Of a stretch of DNA of 64,000 bases, positions 20,375 through 30,995 are shown piece by piece. The position numbers and the translations under genes are program-made. This stretch comes from Candidatus Eiseniibacteriota bacterium (GTDB lineage Bacteria; Eisenbacteria; RBG-16-71-46). The stretch is from assembly GCA_963717935.1 (NCBI GenBank), contig CAVQXP010000004.1, positions 1,184,001 to 1,248,000 of the forward strand, read 5' to 3'. Numbering within the stretch: position 1 is the stretch's first letter; each line of letters starts with the position of its first letter. The notes under the pieces were generated by a model. It saw only the letters and a list, made by a program, of their open reading frames with translations. It did not search any database and was not told the DNA's origin.

Positions 20375-22134
20375 GCGCGCGGCGCGCGGCGCGCCCGCGG
20401 CGGGGTTTCGACGGCGTGAGCCTGGCGCTCTACCAGGGGCTCTTCGCGGCCTGCGCCGAGGAGATGGGCATCACGCTCATGCGCACCGCGCACTCGCCCA
20501 ACATCAAGGAACGGCTCGACTACTCCTGCGCGGTGTTCGACGCGCGCGGCGCGCTGGTCGCGCAGGCCGCGCACATCCCCGTGCACCTCGGCAGCCTGCC
20601 GCGCGCGGTCGAGGCCGCGCTTGCGCTCGGGCCCTTCCGGCCCGGCGACACCGTGATCCTGAACGACCCCTATGCCGGAGGCACGCACCTGCCCGACGTG
20701 ACGCTGGTGAGCCCCGTCTTCCTCGCGGGCCGCCCCGCCGGCGTGCACGGTCCCGCTCCCGAGTTCTTCGTCGCGAGCCGGGCGCACCACGCCGACATCG
20801 GCGGCGGGGCGCCCGGCTCGATGCCGCTCGCGCGCGAGATCTACGAAGAGGGCCTGCGCATCCCGCCGGTGTTCCTGCAGCGGGGCGGGCGCATCGAGCA
20901 GGGCGTGCTCGACCTGCTGCTCGCCAACGTGCGCACGCCCGGGGAACGCCGCGCCGACCTCGCGGCCCAGCTGGGCGCCCAGGCCACGGGCGCGCGCCGG
21001 CTGGCGGAGTACGCGCGGCGCGGCGCGCCGGCCCGGGCTGCGCGCGGTGACCCCGGGCCTGGGTCGGAGGCCGCGGAGCTGGTGCGTGCGGCGCGCGCGC
21101 TCATGGGCCACGCCGAGCGCGTGGTACGCGCCGAGCTGGCGGGGCTGCCGCGCGGGCGCTGGCGCTTCGAGGACGCGCTCGACGACGACGGGCTGGGTTC
21201 GGGGCCGGTGCGCATCGCCGTGACGCTTTCGCTCGGCGGCGGGAAGGTCCGGCTCGACTTCGGCGGGTCGAGCCCGCAGGTGCCGGGGCCGGTCAACGCG
21301 GTCGAACCCGTGACGCGCGCGGCCTGCGCCTACGCCCTGCGCTGCGTGCTGGGTGGGGATTGGCCGGTGAACGCGGGCGCGTTCCGCCCGCTCGAGGTCG
21401 TCGCCCCCGAGGGCACGATCGTGAACGCCCGCCCGCCCGCCGCGGTCTCGGCCGGGAACGTCGAGACCTCGCAGCGCATCGTGGACGTGGTGCTCGGCGC
21501 CTTCGCCCGGGCGCTCCCCGGACGGATCCCCGCCGCGAGTGCGGGCACCATGAACAACCTGCTGGTGGGTGGACGTGACCCGCGCACGGGCGAGCCTTTC
21601 GCCTACTACGAGACGCTGGGTGGTGGACATGGCGCGGGGCCCGGCTGGGACGGCGCGAGCGCGATGCAGGTCCACATGACCAACACCCGTAACACGCCCA
21701 TCGAATCCCTCGAGCATGCCTACCCGCTGCGCGTGCTCGAGACCCGCGTGCGGCGCGGGGGCCCGGCGCGCAGCACGGGTCGGGGCGGTTCGGGCGCGGG
21801 TCGCGGCGGGAACGGGCGCTTCCGCGGGGGGGACGGGATCGTGCGCAGCCTCGAGCTGCTCGCGGCTGCGCGCGTCACGCTCATCACCGAGCGTCGCGCG
21901 CGCGGGCCCTACGGCCTGGCGGGTGGCGAGCCCGGGGGGCCGGGGGAGAACCGCGTGCGCGTGGGCGCGGGCGCGCGCTCCTCGCGGGCGCTGCCGGCCA
22001 AGGTCCAGGTGGACCTGCCGGCGGGCGCGGTCGTCACGGTCGTCTCGCCGGGGGGCGGGGGATTCGGGACGCCTGCGCGCCGCGCGGGAAGCCCGGCCGG
22101 GCGTGCGCCGGCCCGCATCCGCCGCCGCAGGTAG
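20371..22134 (+). CDS. Hydantoinase B/oxoprolinase family protein
   Basis: SPNIKERLDYSCA, HIPVHLG, NDPY.GGTHLPD, HHADIGG, HMTNTRNTPIE. Confidence 0.92.
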   Translation: MSARRAARPRRGFDGVSLALYQGLFAACAEEMGITLMRTAHSPNIKERLDYSCAVFDARGALVAQAAHIPVHLGSLPRAVEAALALGPFRPGDTVILNDPYAGGTHLPDVTLVSPVFLAGRPAGVHGPAPEFFVASRAHHADIGGGAPGSMPLAREIYEEGLRIPPVFLQRGGRIEQGVLDLLLANVRTPGERRADLAAQLGAQATGARRLAEYARRGAPARAARGDPGPGSEAAELVRAARALMGHAERVVRAELAGLPRGRWRFEDALDDDGLGSGPVRIAVTLSLGGGKVRLDFGGSSPQVPGPVNAVEPVTRAACAYALRCVLGGDWPVNAGAFRPLEVVAPEGTIVNARPPAAVSAGNVETSQRIVDVVLGAFARALPGRIPAASAGTMNNLLVGGRDPRTGEPFAYYETLGGGHGAGPGWDGASAMQVHMTNTRNTPIESLEHAYPLRVLETRVRRGGPARSTGRGGSGAGRGGNGRFRGGDGIVRSLELLAAARVTLITERRARGPYGLAGGEPGGPGENRVRVGAGARSSRALPAKVQVDLPAGAVVTVVSPGGGGFGTPARRAGSPAGRAPARIRRRR

Positions 22135-22146
22135 CAGAGCGGTCCG

Positions 22147-23604
22147 TCAGACTCCGCCCGCCGCGCGCCACAACTGCGCGACGGTGCGCGCGACGACGCG
22201 GCGCGTGAGCGGCGTGGCATCCGCCGCCGAGACGCGGACCGCGGCCTCGGGCAGCGCGTCGAGGAAGGCGTCGTTCTGCAGGCCCACGAGCACCGTCGGG
22301 CGTGCGCGGCAGAGCGCGCGCAGGCGCTCGAACTCCGAGTCCGCCAGCGGCACGCGGCTCGCGATCGCGACGAACTCGACGCCCGGCGTGCCGCCCGCCG
22401 CCGGCTCGCCGAGCAGCAGTCGCATGGGCAGCCCCGCGTTCGCGAGGCAGCCGCGGAAGCCCGGTCCCTCGAGGCCGCCGGGTGCCTCGATGCGCCACGG
22501 TCGCGTGGCCGCCTCGCGCGGCAGCGCGCCGCGGATCACGAGTCCGCGCGTGGCGATGCGCTCCAGCCGCTCCTCCCAGTCCGCCGGCGTGAGGGCCTCG
22601 AGCGGCTTCGCCAGTTCCTCCACCGTGGGCTCGGGGCAGGCGCGCGCGAAGACCTCGAGCCGCTGCGCGGAGGCCTCGAAGTCGACGGGGTCGAGCCGGC
22701 CGCTCTCGAGCGCCTCGGCAAGCCCGGCCCGCAGGGCCGGGATGGAACCGTCGTCGCGCGCGAAGAGCAGCAGGTCGCAGCCCGCCTCGAGCGCGAGCGT
22801 GGCCGCCCCGAGGGGCGTGCGCCCGTCGGCCGCGCCCTTCATCTCGAGCGCGTCCGTGATGCAGATACCCTGGAAGCCGAGCGTGTCGCGCAGCAGGCCG
22901 CTCACGATCGCGCGCGAGAAGGTCGCGGGCCGCTCCGCGTCCAGCGCCGGGTAGAGCACGTGCGCGGTCATCACCGCCGGGGCGCCGAGCCCGGCGCGGA
23001 AAGGCTCGAGGTCGCGGCGCTCGATCGTCGCGCGGTCCGCGTCGCACACCGGCAGCGCCAGGTGCGAGTCGAGCGCCGTCGAGCCGTGCCCGGGGAAGTG
23101 CTTGAGGCAGCAGGCCACGCTGGCGGCCTGGAAGCCGCGCACCGCTTCGGCGACGCCGCGGGCCGCGTCGTCGCCGATGCCGTAGGCGCGCGGACCGATG
23201 ACCGGGTTCGCCGGAAGCGCGTTCACGTCGGCCACCGGCGCGAAGACCCAGTCCACGCCCAGCGCGCGCAGGCGCTGTCCCGTCCAGCGCGCGGCCCACT
23301 CGAGGTCACCGGGCCCCGCCCCGCGCGCGAGCAGCGCTGCGTTGGGCGGCACCACCAGGTGGCCGCGCAGTTGCGAGACGAAGCCGCCCTCCTCGTCCAT
23401 GGCGATGAAGAGGCGCTGCGGCCGCGCCAGCCCGCGCAGGCGCGCGGTCAGCCGCCGAAGGCCCTCGAGATCGGGGAAATCGCGCCGGAAGAGGATGACC
23501 CCGACGGGCGGGGACGTGGCGAAGTCCCGCTCCCAGCCGGGCGTGAGGCCGCTCTCCGGGAGCCCGATCATCATGCGGCGCGCGATCGTCTGACGAGCGT
23601 CCAT
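22147..23604 (-). CDS. nagZ: GH3 beta-N-acetylhexosaminidase
   Basis: DEEGG, KHFPGHG..D.H, TDALEM. Confidence 0.88.
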   Translation of the reverse strand: MDARQTIARRMMIGLPESGLTPGWERDFATSPPVGVILFRRDFPDLEGLRRLTARLRGLARPQRLFIAMDEEGGFVSQLRGHLVVPPNAALLARGAGPGDLEWAARWTGQRLRALGVDWVFAPVADVNALPANPVIGPRAYGIGDDAARGVAEAVRGFQAASVACCLKHFPGHGSTALDSHLALPVCDADRATIERRDLEPFRAGLGAPAVMTAHVLYPALDAERPATFSRAIVSGLLRDTLGFQGICITDALEMKGAADGRTPLGAATLALEAGCDLLLFARDDGSIPALRAGLAEALESGRLDPVDFEASAQRLEVFARACPEPTVEELAKPLEALTPADWEERLERIATRGLVIRGALPREAATRPWRIEAPGGLEGPGFRGCLANAGLPMRLLLGEPAAGGTPGVEFVAIASRVPLADSEFERLRALCRARPTVLVGLQNDAFLDALPEAAVRVSAADATPLTRRVVARTVAQLWRAAGGV

Positions 23605-24119
23605 GGCGCGGAAGGTGGGGGAGCGGCGCACCGCTGTCAATCGGTCCGGGCGTCCGTGTCCGGGCGTCCGCCCGGGGCCTTGCCGCGTCCGTGCGGTCGC
23701 TGGTTCCCGGACACGGCCCGCGCGGGTACGATCGCGCTCGACATGGCCCATCGCCCCGTCGTGCTCCACGTTGCCTGCCTGCGTCCGCCGGGTGCCCTGC
23801 TCGGCGCCGCACGGGATTCACGACTCCTTGACCGCGACCGGCCCGGGCCGTTTCAGGAAGTGGTGTCCCCGGCCTCAGCCCGGACGCTTCATGAACCGCC
23901 GCCTGCGAGCACGATCTGGAGCACGGCTACTGCGTTGCGCGACCGGGGTGCTCCTCGGCGTGTCTCATGACACGCCTGCGGTGCAGCCCGCTCGCGCGTC
24001 TTGTCGCCGTGCCCCATCTCGCGCTCTCGGCTGGTGTTTCATGAAGGGTCCGGGCTAGACTGATCCCAGGTGTACGGATGGTTCCACCGCCCGAAGACGA
24101 CTCTTGAAAGGCATCCTCG

Positions 24120-25775
24120 ATGGCATTGATGCGTGGCAGACGGACCGGCCCCCTCGTGGCGGCCATGGCGCTGGCGCTCCTGCTGGGCTTCGGCCTCGCG
24201 CGGGGCCTGCAGGCGACCGACGACCTGATGACCCAGTTGCACCTGTTCGGCCAGGTGCTGAACGCGGTCCAGCAGAACTACGTCGAGGAGCCCGACAGCG
24301 AGAAGCTCATCCGCGGTGCCATCGACGGCATGCTGAAGACCCTCGACCCGCACTCGGTCTACGTGCCGGCGCAGCGCGCGGAGCGCATGGACGAGGAGTT
24401 CCGCGGCGAGTACTCGGGCATCGGCATCCAGTTCGAGCTGCGCGACAACGCCATCGTCGTGATCTCGCCGCTCGAGGGCACGCCCGCGTTCCGGCTCGGG
24501 CTGCGCGCGGGCGACCGCATCACCGAGGTGAACGGCAAGCCGCTCGCCCACGGCATCACGAACGAGGACGTCTTCAAGCTGCTGCGCGGGCCCGCGGGCA
24601 GCATGGTCGAGGTCACCATCGTGCGCGAGGGCGAACCCGAGCCGATGCGCTTCTCGATCGAGCGGGCCAAGATCCCGATCGAGAGCATCCCCTACGCCTA
24701 CATGATCCGGCCGGGCGTGGGCTACGTGCGCATCATCCGCTTCTCGGCCACGACCGGCGAGGAGCTCGAGAAGGCGCTCGCGACCCTGCACGCCGGGGGC
24801 ATGAAGTCGCTCGTGATCGACCTGCGCTCGAACTCGGGCGGGCTGCTCAACCAGGCGGTGGAGGTCCTCGATCAGATCGTGCCCAGAGGCAAGCTGCTGG
24901 TCTACACGCGCGGCCGCATCCCCACCGCGAACGCCGACTACCGCAGCGCCGACCGGCCCCGCATCGCCACCGACGAGCCGCTCATCGTGCTCATCGACCA
25001 CGGCAGCGCCTCGGCCTCCGAGATCGTGGCGGGTGCGGTGCAGGACCTGGACCGTGGCCTGGTGGCGGGCACCAACTCGTTCGGCAAGGGGTTGGTCCAG
25101 AACCAGATCTCCCTGGGTCCGGGCGGGAGCCAGGGCAAGCTGCTGCTCACCATCTCCAAGTACTACACGCCGAGCGGGCGGCTCATCCAGCGCGACTACG
25201 CGGGCAAGGACCAGCAGGAGTACCGCGAGGAGGCCTTCGAGGGCGACGTGCCGCCGGACTCGGTGCTGGCCAAGCGGCCGCAGTTCAAGACCGTGGCCGG
25301 CCGGAAGATCTACGGCGGCGGCGGCATCTATCCCGACGTGATCCTCAAGGACGGCCCGTACCTGACCCGCCCGCAGATCGACATGATCCAGAAGCGGGCG
25401 TTCTTCCCGTTCGCGGCGCACTACGTGACCGTCGCGCACAAGGACAGCAACTGGACGGAGGGCTCGTTCGGCCCGGGCTTCACGCTGAGCGACGCCGAGT
25501 GGGCGGACCTGCGCGAATCGATGGCCAGGGGCAAGGTGGTCGTCACGGACTCGGTCTGGCAGGCCGACCGGCCCTTCATCCTGCGCCAGCTGCGCGCGGA
25601 TCTCTCCACCTCGGCGAACCTCGGGCAGGCGGCGCGCTACCGGATCCTGGTCGAGGAGGACACGCAGCTGAACGCCGCGCTCGACCTGTTCCCGCAGGCG
25701 GCGAAGCTCATGAGCCTCTCCCTGGGCGAGCCGGTGAAGGCCGTCAAGCCGGCGCGGACGGGTGTGAAGCGCTAG
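24120..25775 (+). CDS. S41 carboxy-terminal processing protease
   Basis: LDPHS, PDZ, DLRSNSGG, SASASEI, FGKGLVQ, YYTPSGR.IQ. Confidence 0.92.
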   Translation: MALMRGRRTGPLVAAMALALLLGFGLARGLQATDDLMTQLHLFGQVLNAVQQNYVEEPDSEKLIRGAIDGMLKTLDPHSVYVPAQRAERMDEEFRGEYSGIGIQFELRDNAIVVISPLEGTPAFRLGLRAGDRITEVNGKPLAHGITNEDVFKLLRGPAGSMVEVTIVREGEPEPMRFSIERAKIPIESIPYAYMIRPGVGYVRIIRFSATTGEELEKALATLHAGGMKSLVIDLRSNSGGLLNQAVEVLDQIVPRGKLLVYTRGRIPTANADYRSADRPRIATDEPLIVLIDHGSASASEIVAGAVQDLDRGLVAGTNSFGKGLVQNQISLGPGGSQGKLLLTISKYYTPSGRLIQRDYAGKDQQEYREEAFEGDVPPDSVLAKRPQFKTVAGRKIYGGGGIYPDVILKDGPYLTRPQIDMIQKRAFFPFAAHYVTVAHKDSNWTEGSFGPGFTLSDAEWADLRESMARGKVVVTDSVWQADRPFILRQLRADLSTSANLGQAARYRILVEEDTQLNAALDLFPQAAKLMSLSLGEPVKAVKPARTGVKR

Positions 25776-25780
25776 CGAGC

Positions 25781-25812
25781 GAAGCCCCGGCCTCCGCGGA
25801 GACCGGGGCTTC
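25781..25812. terminator. Hairpin between convergent genes
   Basis: GAAGCCCCGG..CCGGGGCTTC inverted repeat. Confidence 0.6.
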
Positions 25813-25845
25813 GTGCCGGCCGCGGGAGCGCCCGCGGCGACGGCA

Positions 25846-26685
25846 TCAGTGCCGGGGGGGCTCCAGTTCGCCCGCGGGCACCGAGCCCCGCAGCCGCCGC
25901 ACCTGGACGCGGTCGCCCTCGCCGATGCCCAGGCGCGTGGCGCAATCGCCGCCGACCTGCGCGAACTCGAGCCGTCCGCTCGAGCCCACCACCGCCACCA
26001 CCGCGCCCAGCGGGTGCTCGCCGTAGGCGCGCGCGAGACCGCGGATGGTGTGATCCAGCACGCGCACCTCGAGCTTCGGCTCGGGCACGTCGGGGAAGGC
26101 GCGCGCCAGGTCCTCGGCGTCGATGTTCGTGAGTGCATTGCCGAAGTGGTCCACGAACATGACGCAGCCCTCGATGGTGTCGTTGCGGGTCTGCGGCACG
26201 GCGTGCGGCAGCCGCACGGGGTCGCGCACCTCGGGGCCCAGGCGGTCCGGCGCCACCCCGCCGGCGAGGTGTGCCGCGACCGGCGCGAAGATGTCGCGGG
26301 CGTGGAAGGTGCGCGAGACCGGGTGGCGGAACCAGCGCGCCCCGGTCAGCGCCCAGGCGCGTGCCGCCGGGTCGCGCACCGCCCACTCGAGGATCCCGTT
26401 GTCGGGCCCGACGAACATCTGCCCGCGCGCCGCCACGGCCAGCGCGCGCCGCGCCGTGCCGACGCCGGGGTCCACGACCGCGAGGTGAACGGTGCCCGGC
26501 GGGAAGTCGAACGCAGCGGCCTCGAGCAGGAAGGCGGCGCGGGCGACGTCCCGCGGAGGCACGTCGTGGGTGAGGTCCACGACGTGGGCCTCGGGGCAGA
26601 CCTGGTAGAGGACGCCGTGCACCACGCCCACGAACCAGTCCTTGCGGCCGAAGTCCGAGGTGAAGGTGATGATGGGGCGTGCCAT
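25846..26685 (-). CDS. DUF62 SAM hydroxide adenosyltransferase (chlorinase/fluorinase superfamily)
   Basis: ITFTSDFG, VVDPGVGT.R, GPDNG, TFHARDIFAP, DHFGN. Confidence 0.88.
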   Translation of the reverse strand: MARPIITFTSDFGRKDWFVGVVHGVLYQVCPEAHVVDLTHDVPPRDVARAAFLLEAAAFDFPPGTVHLAVVDPGVGTARRALAVAARGQMFVGPDNGILEWAVRDPAARAWALTGARWFRHPVSRTFHARDIFAPVAAHLAGGVAPDRLGPEVRDPVRLPHAVPQTRNDTIEGCVMFVDHFGNALTNIDAEDLARAFPDVPEPKLEVRVLDHTIRGLARAYGEHPLGAVVAVVGSSGRLEFAQVGGDCATRLGIGEGDRVQVRRLRGSVPAGELEPPRH

Positions 26686-26687
26686 GG

Positions 26688-27740
26688 TCAGCGACCTCCC
26701 GGGGGGTGTGATGCGACCAGCATAGCCGACAGCCGCTCCCAGGCTCCATCCACCGTCAGGCGCTCGAGACAGCGCAGGTCGTCGCAGTGGTCGCGGGCGC
26801 ACGGGCTGCACTCGGCGCGCGCGTAGTGGGCGCGGTGACCGGCCTCGGCCGGATAGGGGAAGAGCGCCACCGGCCGCTGCTTCGAATACAGGCCGAGCGT
26901 GCGCGTGCCGACCGCGACCGACGTGTGCACGGGGCCGGTGTCGCCGCACACGAAGGCGGCGCACAGCGATTGCAGGGCCACGAGGCGCGCGAGCGGCCAG
27001 CCGGCGACGACCCGCGCGCGCCCGCCCAGCGGCGCGGCCACGCGGGCCGCCAGCGAGTCCTCGCCCGGCCCGGCCGTCACGAGCGCCACGCCGTCGGGCC
27101 AGGCCTCGAGAAAGCGCTCGGCCAGCGCGGTGAAGCGCTCGGGGGCCCACCGGCGCGTCGGCCAGCGGGCGCCGGGGTGGAAGCCCACCAGCCGGGCGCC
27201 GCCCGGCACGCCCAGCGCCATCAGCGCCGCGCGTGCCGCCGCGCGTGCCTCGTCGCGCAGGTGCAGCCGTGGCGTCGTCTCGGGCGCCGGCCAGCCCAGC
27301 GCAGCGAGCGAGGCCAGGTGGAAGCCCACGGCCGAGAGCGTGCGGGGCTGGACGTGGTGCGTGTAGAGCGCGGAGCGCCAGCCCTTGCCGGGGTAGCCCA
27401 CGCGCACGCGCGCGCCGCAGAGGAAGGTCCAGAGCGCGGTGCGCGGGTTGCAGAAGAAGTCGAGCGCCACCTCGGGCGCGAAGCGGCGCAGGCGCGCGAT
27501 CAACGCGGCGGTCGCGGCGGCGCCGGGCTTCGGGGGCACGGCGATCAACTCGTCCACCCGCGGGTCGCCCTCGAGCAGTGGCGCGGCGGCACGCTCGACC
27601 ACGTAGGCCACGCGCGCCGCCGGACAGGCCGCGCGCACCGCGTCGAGCGCGGGCAGCGTGAGACAGATGTCCCCGAGGAACCGCGGCCGCACGAGCAGCA
27701 CGCGGCGGACCGGGGCGGGGGCGACGGGAGGAGCGGTCAT
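26688..27740 (-). CDS. GT9 glycosyltransferase (LPS heptosyltransferase-like)
   Basis: LGD..LT.P, HPGA..P.RRW, DTGP.H. Confidence 0.85.
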   Translation of the reverse strand: MTAPPVAPAPVRRVLLVRPRFLGDICLTLPALDAVRAACPAARVAYVVERAAAPLLEGDPRVDELIAVPPKPGAAATAALIARLRRFAPEVALDFFCNPRTALWTFLCGARVRVGYPGKGWRSALYTHHVQPRTLSAVGFHLASLAALGWPAPETTPRLHLRDEARAAARAALMALGVPGGARLVGFHPGARWPTRRWAPERFTALAERFLEAWPDGVALVTAGPGEDSLAARVAAPLGGRARVVAGWPLARLVALQSLCAAFVCGDTGPVHTSVAVGTRTLGLYSKQRPVALFPYPAEAGHRAHYARAECSPCARDHCDDLRCLERLTVDGAWERLSAMLVASHPPGGR

Positions 27741-27951
27741 GGCGTGGGGCACGGCACCGGCACTGTAGCCCATCCCGGCGCCACCCTGCACGCGAGCCGC
27801 TGCGGGGCGCGAGTGTCCGGGAGATGTCCAAGGACCCCGCGGCCGGCACCGATGCCCCCGCGGTTGGAGGCCCCGTGCGGCCCGTGCTACCATTTCGGCT
27901 CCTGTCGCAGTTTCCACCGACCCGAGAAGGAGTGGATCCCGTGAAGCGACG

Positions 27952-28584
27952 ATGATGACGATCCTGTTGTGCGCGAGCCTTGCGGCGGTCGCGGTCTCAC
28001 CGGTGCGCGCCCAGGGCGACGCCAGCGTCCGCGTGGTCGCGAAGAACCCGGACGCGGCCGTCCCGGTGGATTCCCTGGCACTGCTCGAGAAGGCGGTCGC
28101 AAGGGACTCGACCCGGTTCGAGGACCTCTACACGCTGGGCGTCATGTACCTGGACCGGGACAAGGTCGGCGAGGCCATCCAGGTGCTCACCCGGGCGCAC
28201 CTGCTGCGGCCGGATGACCACCGCGTCAGCGTCAACCTGGGCGTGGCCCTCGACGCCAGCGGCAGGGCGGTCCCGGCGCAGGCCTACTACCGCGAGGCGC
28301 TCGCGCAGTTCCCGGACGACTCGGTGGCCTCGTGCCGGCTGGCCAGCTCGCTCTACTCCCAGTCCAGGTACGCCGAGGCCACGACGCTGCTGCAGGAGAT
28401 CATCAAGAAGTCCCCGCGAGCCTACTGCGCCTACTTCACGCTCGGCGTGGCCTTCGCGGACGCGGGCATCTACAAGGATGCCGTCCGGATGTGGCGCAAG
28501 GTCGTGGAGATCGCGCCCAGCTCGCCCGAGGCCATCAGCGCCCGCGAGAGCATCGACGTGCTGGAGAAATTCGTCGGCCAGTAG
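27952..28584 (+). CDS. Exported TPR protein
   Basis: Signal-like N-terminus; TPR consensus helices. Confidence 0.8.
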   Translation: MMTILLCASLAAVAVSPVRAQGDASVRVVAKNPDAAVPVDSLALLEKAVARDSTRFEDLYTLGVMYLDRDKVGEAIQVLTRAHLLRPDDHRVSVNLGVALDASGRAVPAQAYYREALAQFPDDSVASCRLASSLYSQSRYAEATTLLQEIIKKSPRAYCAYFTLGVAFADAGIYKDAVRMWRKVVEIAPSSPEAISARESIDVLEKFVGQ

Positions 28585-28700
28585 GTCCTGGCCCGGGTCG
28601 CGCCGGGGGCCTGCCCGCGGGCGGGCCCCTCGGCATTTGAGCCCGTGCGGCGCCGGCCGCCCGCCTTGCCTGGCCGCTCTTCCGGGGGCACTCTGACGCC

Positions 28701-29852
28701 ATGATCTACTTCGACCACAACGCCTCCACCCCCGTGCGTCCCGAGGTGGTCGAGGCCATGTGCGCGGCGCTCGCCGACGTGTCCGCCAACCCGTCGAGCC
28801 TGCACCGCGAGGGCCAGCGCGCCCGTGCCGCGGTCGAGCGCGCCCGCGAGCAGGTGGCCGCGCTGCTCCATGCCCGCCCCGACGACGTGGTCTTCACGAG
28901 TGGCGGCACCGAGGGCGATCACGCCGGTCTGATCGGCGCCGCCTGGGCCCTCGAGCCGCAGGGCAGGCGCATCGCCTTCCCGGTGATCGAGCACCACGCC
29001 GTGCACGGCGCGGCCGCGGTGCTCGCGAGGTCGGGCTTCGAGGTGACGCACCTGCCGGTGCTCGCGGACGGCTGGGTGCCGCCGGCGGCGGTGGACGCGC
29101 TGCCCGCGGGCACCACGGTCGTCGCCGTGATGCTCGCCAACAACGAGACGGGCGTGCTCCAGCCCGTGGCGGAGATCGCGCGACGCGCCCGCGGACGCGG
29201 CCTGCGCGTCCTGTGCGACGCGGTGCAGGCCGCGGGCAAGATCCCGGTGGACTTCGAGGTCCTGGGCGTGGACTACCTGATCGTCTCGGGGCACAAGCTC
29301 GGCGGACCCAAGGGCGCAGGCGCCCTGATCCTGCGGCCGGGGGCGCCCTTCGAGCCGCTCTTCCGCGGCACCGGCCACGAGCGCGGCCGGCGCGGCGGCA
29401 CCGAGAACGTGCCCGGCATCGTCGGACTGGGACTGGCCGCCGAGCTGGCGGCGCGCGAGCAGCGGACCGGGGCCGTGCGCCTGCTCGCACTGCGCGAGCG
29501 CTTCGAGCGGGGCCTGCTCGCGGCCGTGCCCGACGCCGTGGTGCACGGCGCGCGCGCCCCCCGGTTGCCCAACACCGTGAACGCGTCGTTCCCGGGGGCG
29601 CGCAGTGACCACCTGCTGATGGCGCTGGACGCGCGCGGCATCGAGGTCTCGGCCGGCGCGGCGTGCGCCAGCGGCGCGGTGGAGCCCTCGCCGGTGCTCG
29701 CGGCCATGGGCGTGCCCCGCGAGCTGGCCGTCTGCGCCCTGCGTTTCTCGATGGGGCGCACCACCACGGAAGCGGAGGTGGAGGAGGTCGTCGCCGCGGT
29801 GGGGGAGGCCGTGCGCGCGGTGCGGGCGGTGCCGGGTGGGGGTGGCGCGTGA
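28701..29852 (+). CDS. iscS: Cysteine desulfurase (IscS/NifS type)
   Basis: YFDHNAST, FTSGGTE, NNETG, DAVQ, SGHK, SAGAAC. Confidence 0.92.
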   Translation: MIYFDHNASTPVRPEVVEAMCAALADVSANPSSLHREGQRARAAVERAREQVAALLHARPDDVVFTSGGTEGDHAGLIGAAWALEPQGRRIAFPVIEHHAVHGAAAVLARSGFEVTHLPVLADGWVPPAAVDALPAGTTVVAVMLANNETGVLQPVAEIARRARGRGLRVLCDAVQAAGKIPVDFEVLGVDYLIVSGHKLGGPKGAGALILRPGAPFEPLFRGTGHERGRRGGTENVPGIVGLGLAAELAAREQRTGAVRLLALRERFERGLLAAVPDAVVHGARAPRLPNTVNASFPGARSDHLLMALDARGIEVSAGAACASGAVEPSPVLAAMGVPRELAVCALRFSMGRTTTEAEVEEVVAAVGEAVRAVRAVPGGGGA

Positions 29853-30995
29853 GCGAGCGGCTCCGCGTGCTGGTCGCGATGAGCGGCGGCGTGGATTCGG
29901 GCGTGGCCGCCGCGCTCCTCGGCGGGCAGGGGCACGACGTGACCGGCGTGACGCTCAAGCTCTGGTGCCACGGCCAGGCGCCGGCGGCGCCGCGGGCCTG
30001 CTGCACGCTCGAGGCCATCGAGCAGGCGCGCGGGGTCGCGCGACGGCTGGGGTTCCCTCACTTCGTGGTCGAGGCCGGGGAGGTGTTCCGCGCGCGCGTG
30101 GTGCAGCCGTTCCTCGACGACTATGCCGCGGGGCGAACGCCCTACCCGTGCGCGCTGTGCAACCGGCACCTGAAGTTCGGCGACCTGCTCGCGCGCCTGG
30201 AGTCGCTCGGTGCCGACCGGCTGGCGACCGGCCACTACGCGCGACTCGAGCGGCTCGCCGACGGCACGCACGCGTTGCGGAGGGCGGCCGATCCGGCGAA
30301 GGACCAGTCCTATGCGCTGGCGCTCACCCCCCGCGCCGCATTGCCGCGGCTGCTCTTCCCGCTGGGCTCGCTCACCAAGAGCGAGGTGCGCGAGCACGGC
30401 CGGCAGCTCGGGCTCGCGCTCTGGGACCGGCCCGAGAGCCAGGACCTGTGCTTCGTGCCCGACGGTGACTACGCCGGGTTCATCACGCGGACCCTGGGCG
30501 AGACCTGCGGCACCGCGCCCGGGCCGTTCGAGGACCCCGAGGGCCGCAGGCTCGGCACGCACCGCGGCATCATCCACTACACCGTGGGCCAGCGCCGCGG
30601 GCTGGAACTCGCGGCGGCCGAACCGCTCTACGTGCTCGCGGTGGACGCCGGGCGCAACGCCGTGGTGGTGGGCCCGCGCGCCGCGCTGGAGGCGCCGGGG
30701 CTCGTCACCGGGGCCGTCAACTGGCTCACGAGCGCGCCGCCCGCGGACGGCACGCGCGCGGTGGTCCAGATCCGCTACCAGCACCGGGGCGCGGCGGCGA
30801 CGCTCCATCCGCGCGCGGACGGAGCGTGCGAGGCACGATTCGACCAGCCCCAGGCCGCCGTGACGCCCGGGCAGCTGGCCGTGTTCTACGACGGCGACCG
30901 CGTGCTGGGCGGCGCGGCGATCGAGCGCGCGTGGCAGGGCGACGGCTCCGGTCGCGCCCGGTCGCGTCCCCGCGGAAGCCCCGGCCGCCCGATGA
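29849..30995 (+). CDS. mnmA: tRNA-specific 2-thiouridylase MnmA (end approximate; as given it runs in frame into the next gene)
   Basis: AMSGGVDS, PCALCN, ATGHY, KDQSY, ESQDLCF, TVGQR, TPGQ. Confidence 0.92.

Noticed and set aside
25846..26685. Fluorinase or chlorinase
   Set aside because: Retains the Asp-Arg-His pattern of DUF62 hydrolases (VDPGVG..R, TFH) and has no halometabolite cluster context.
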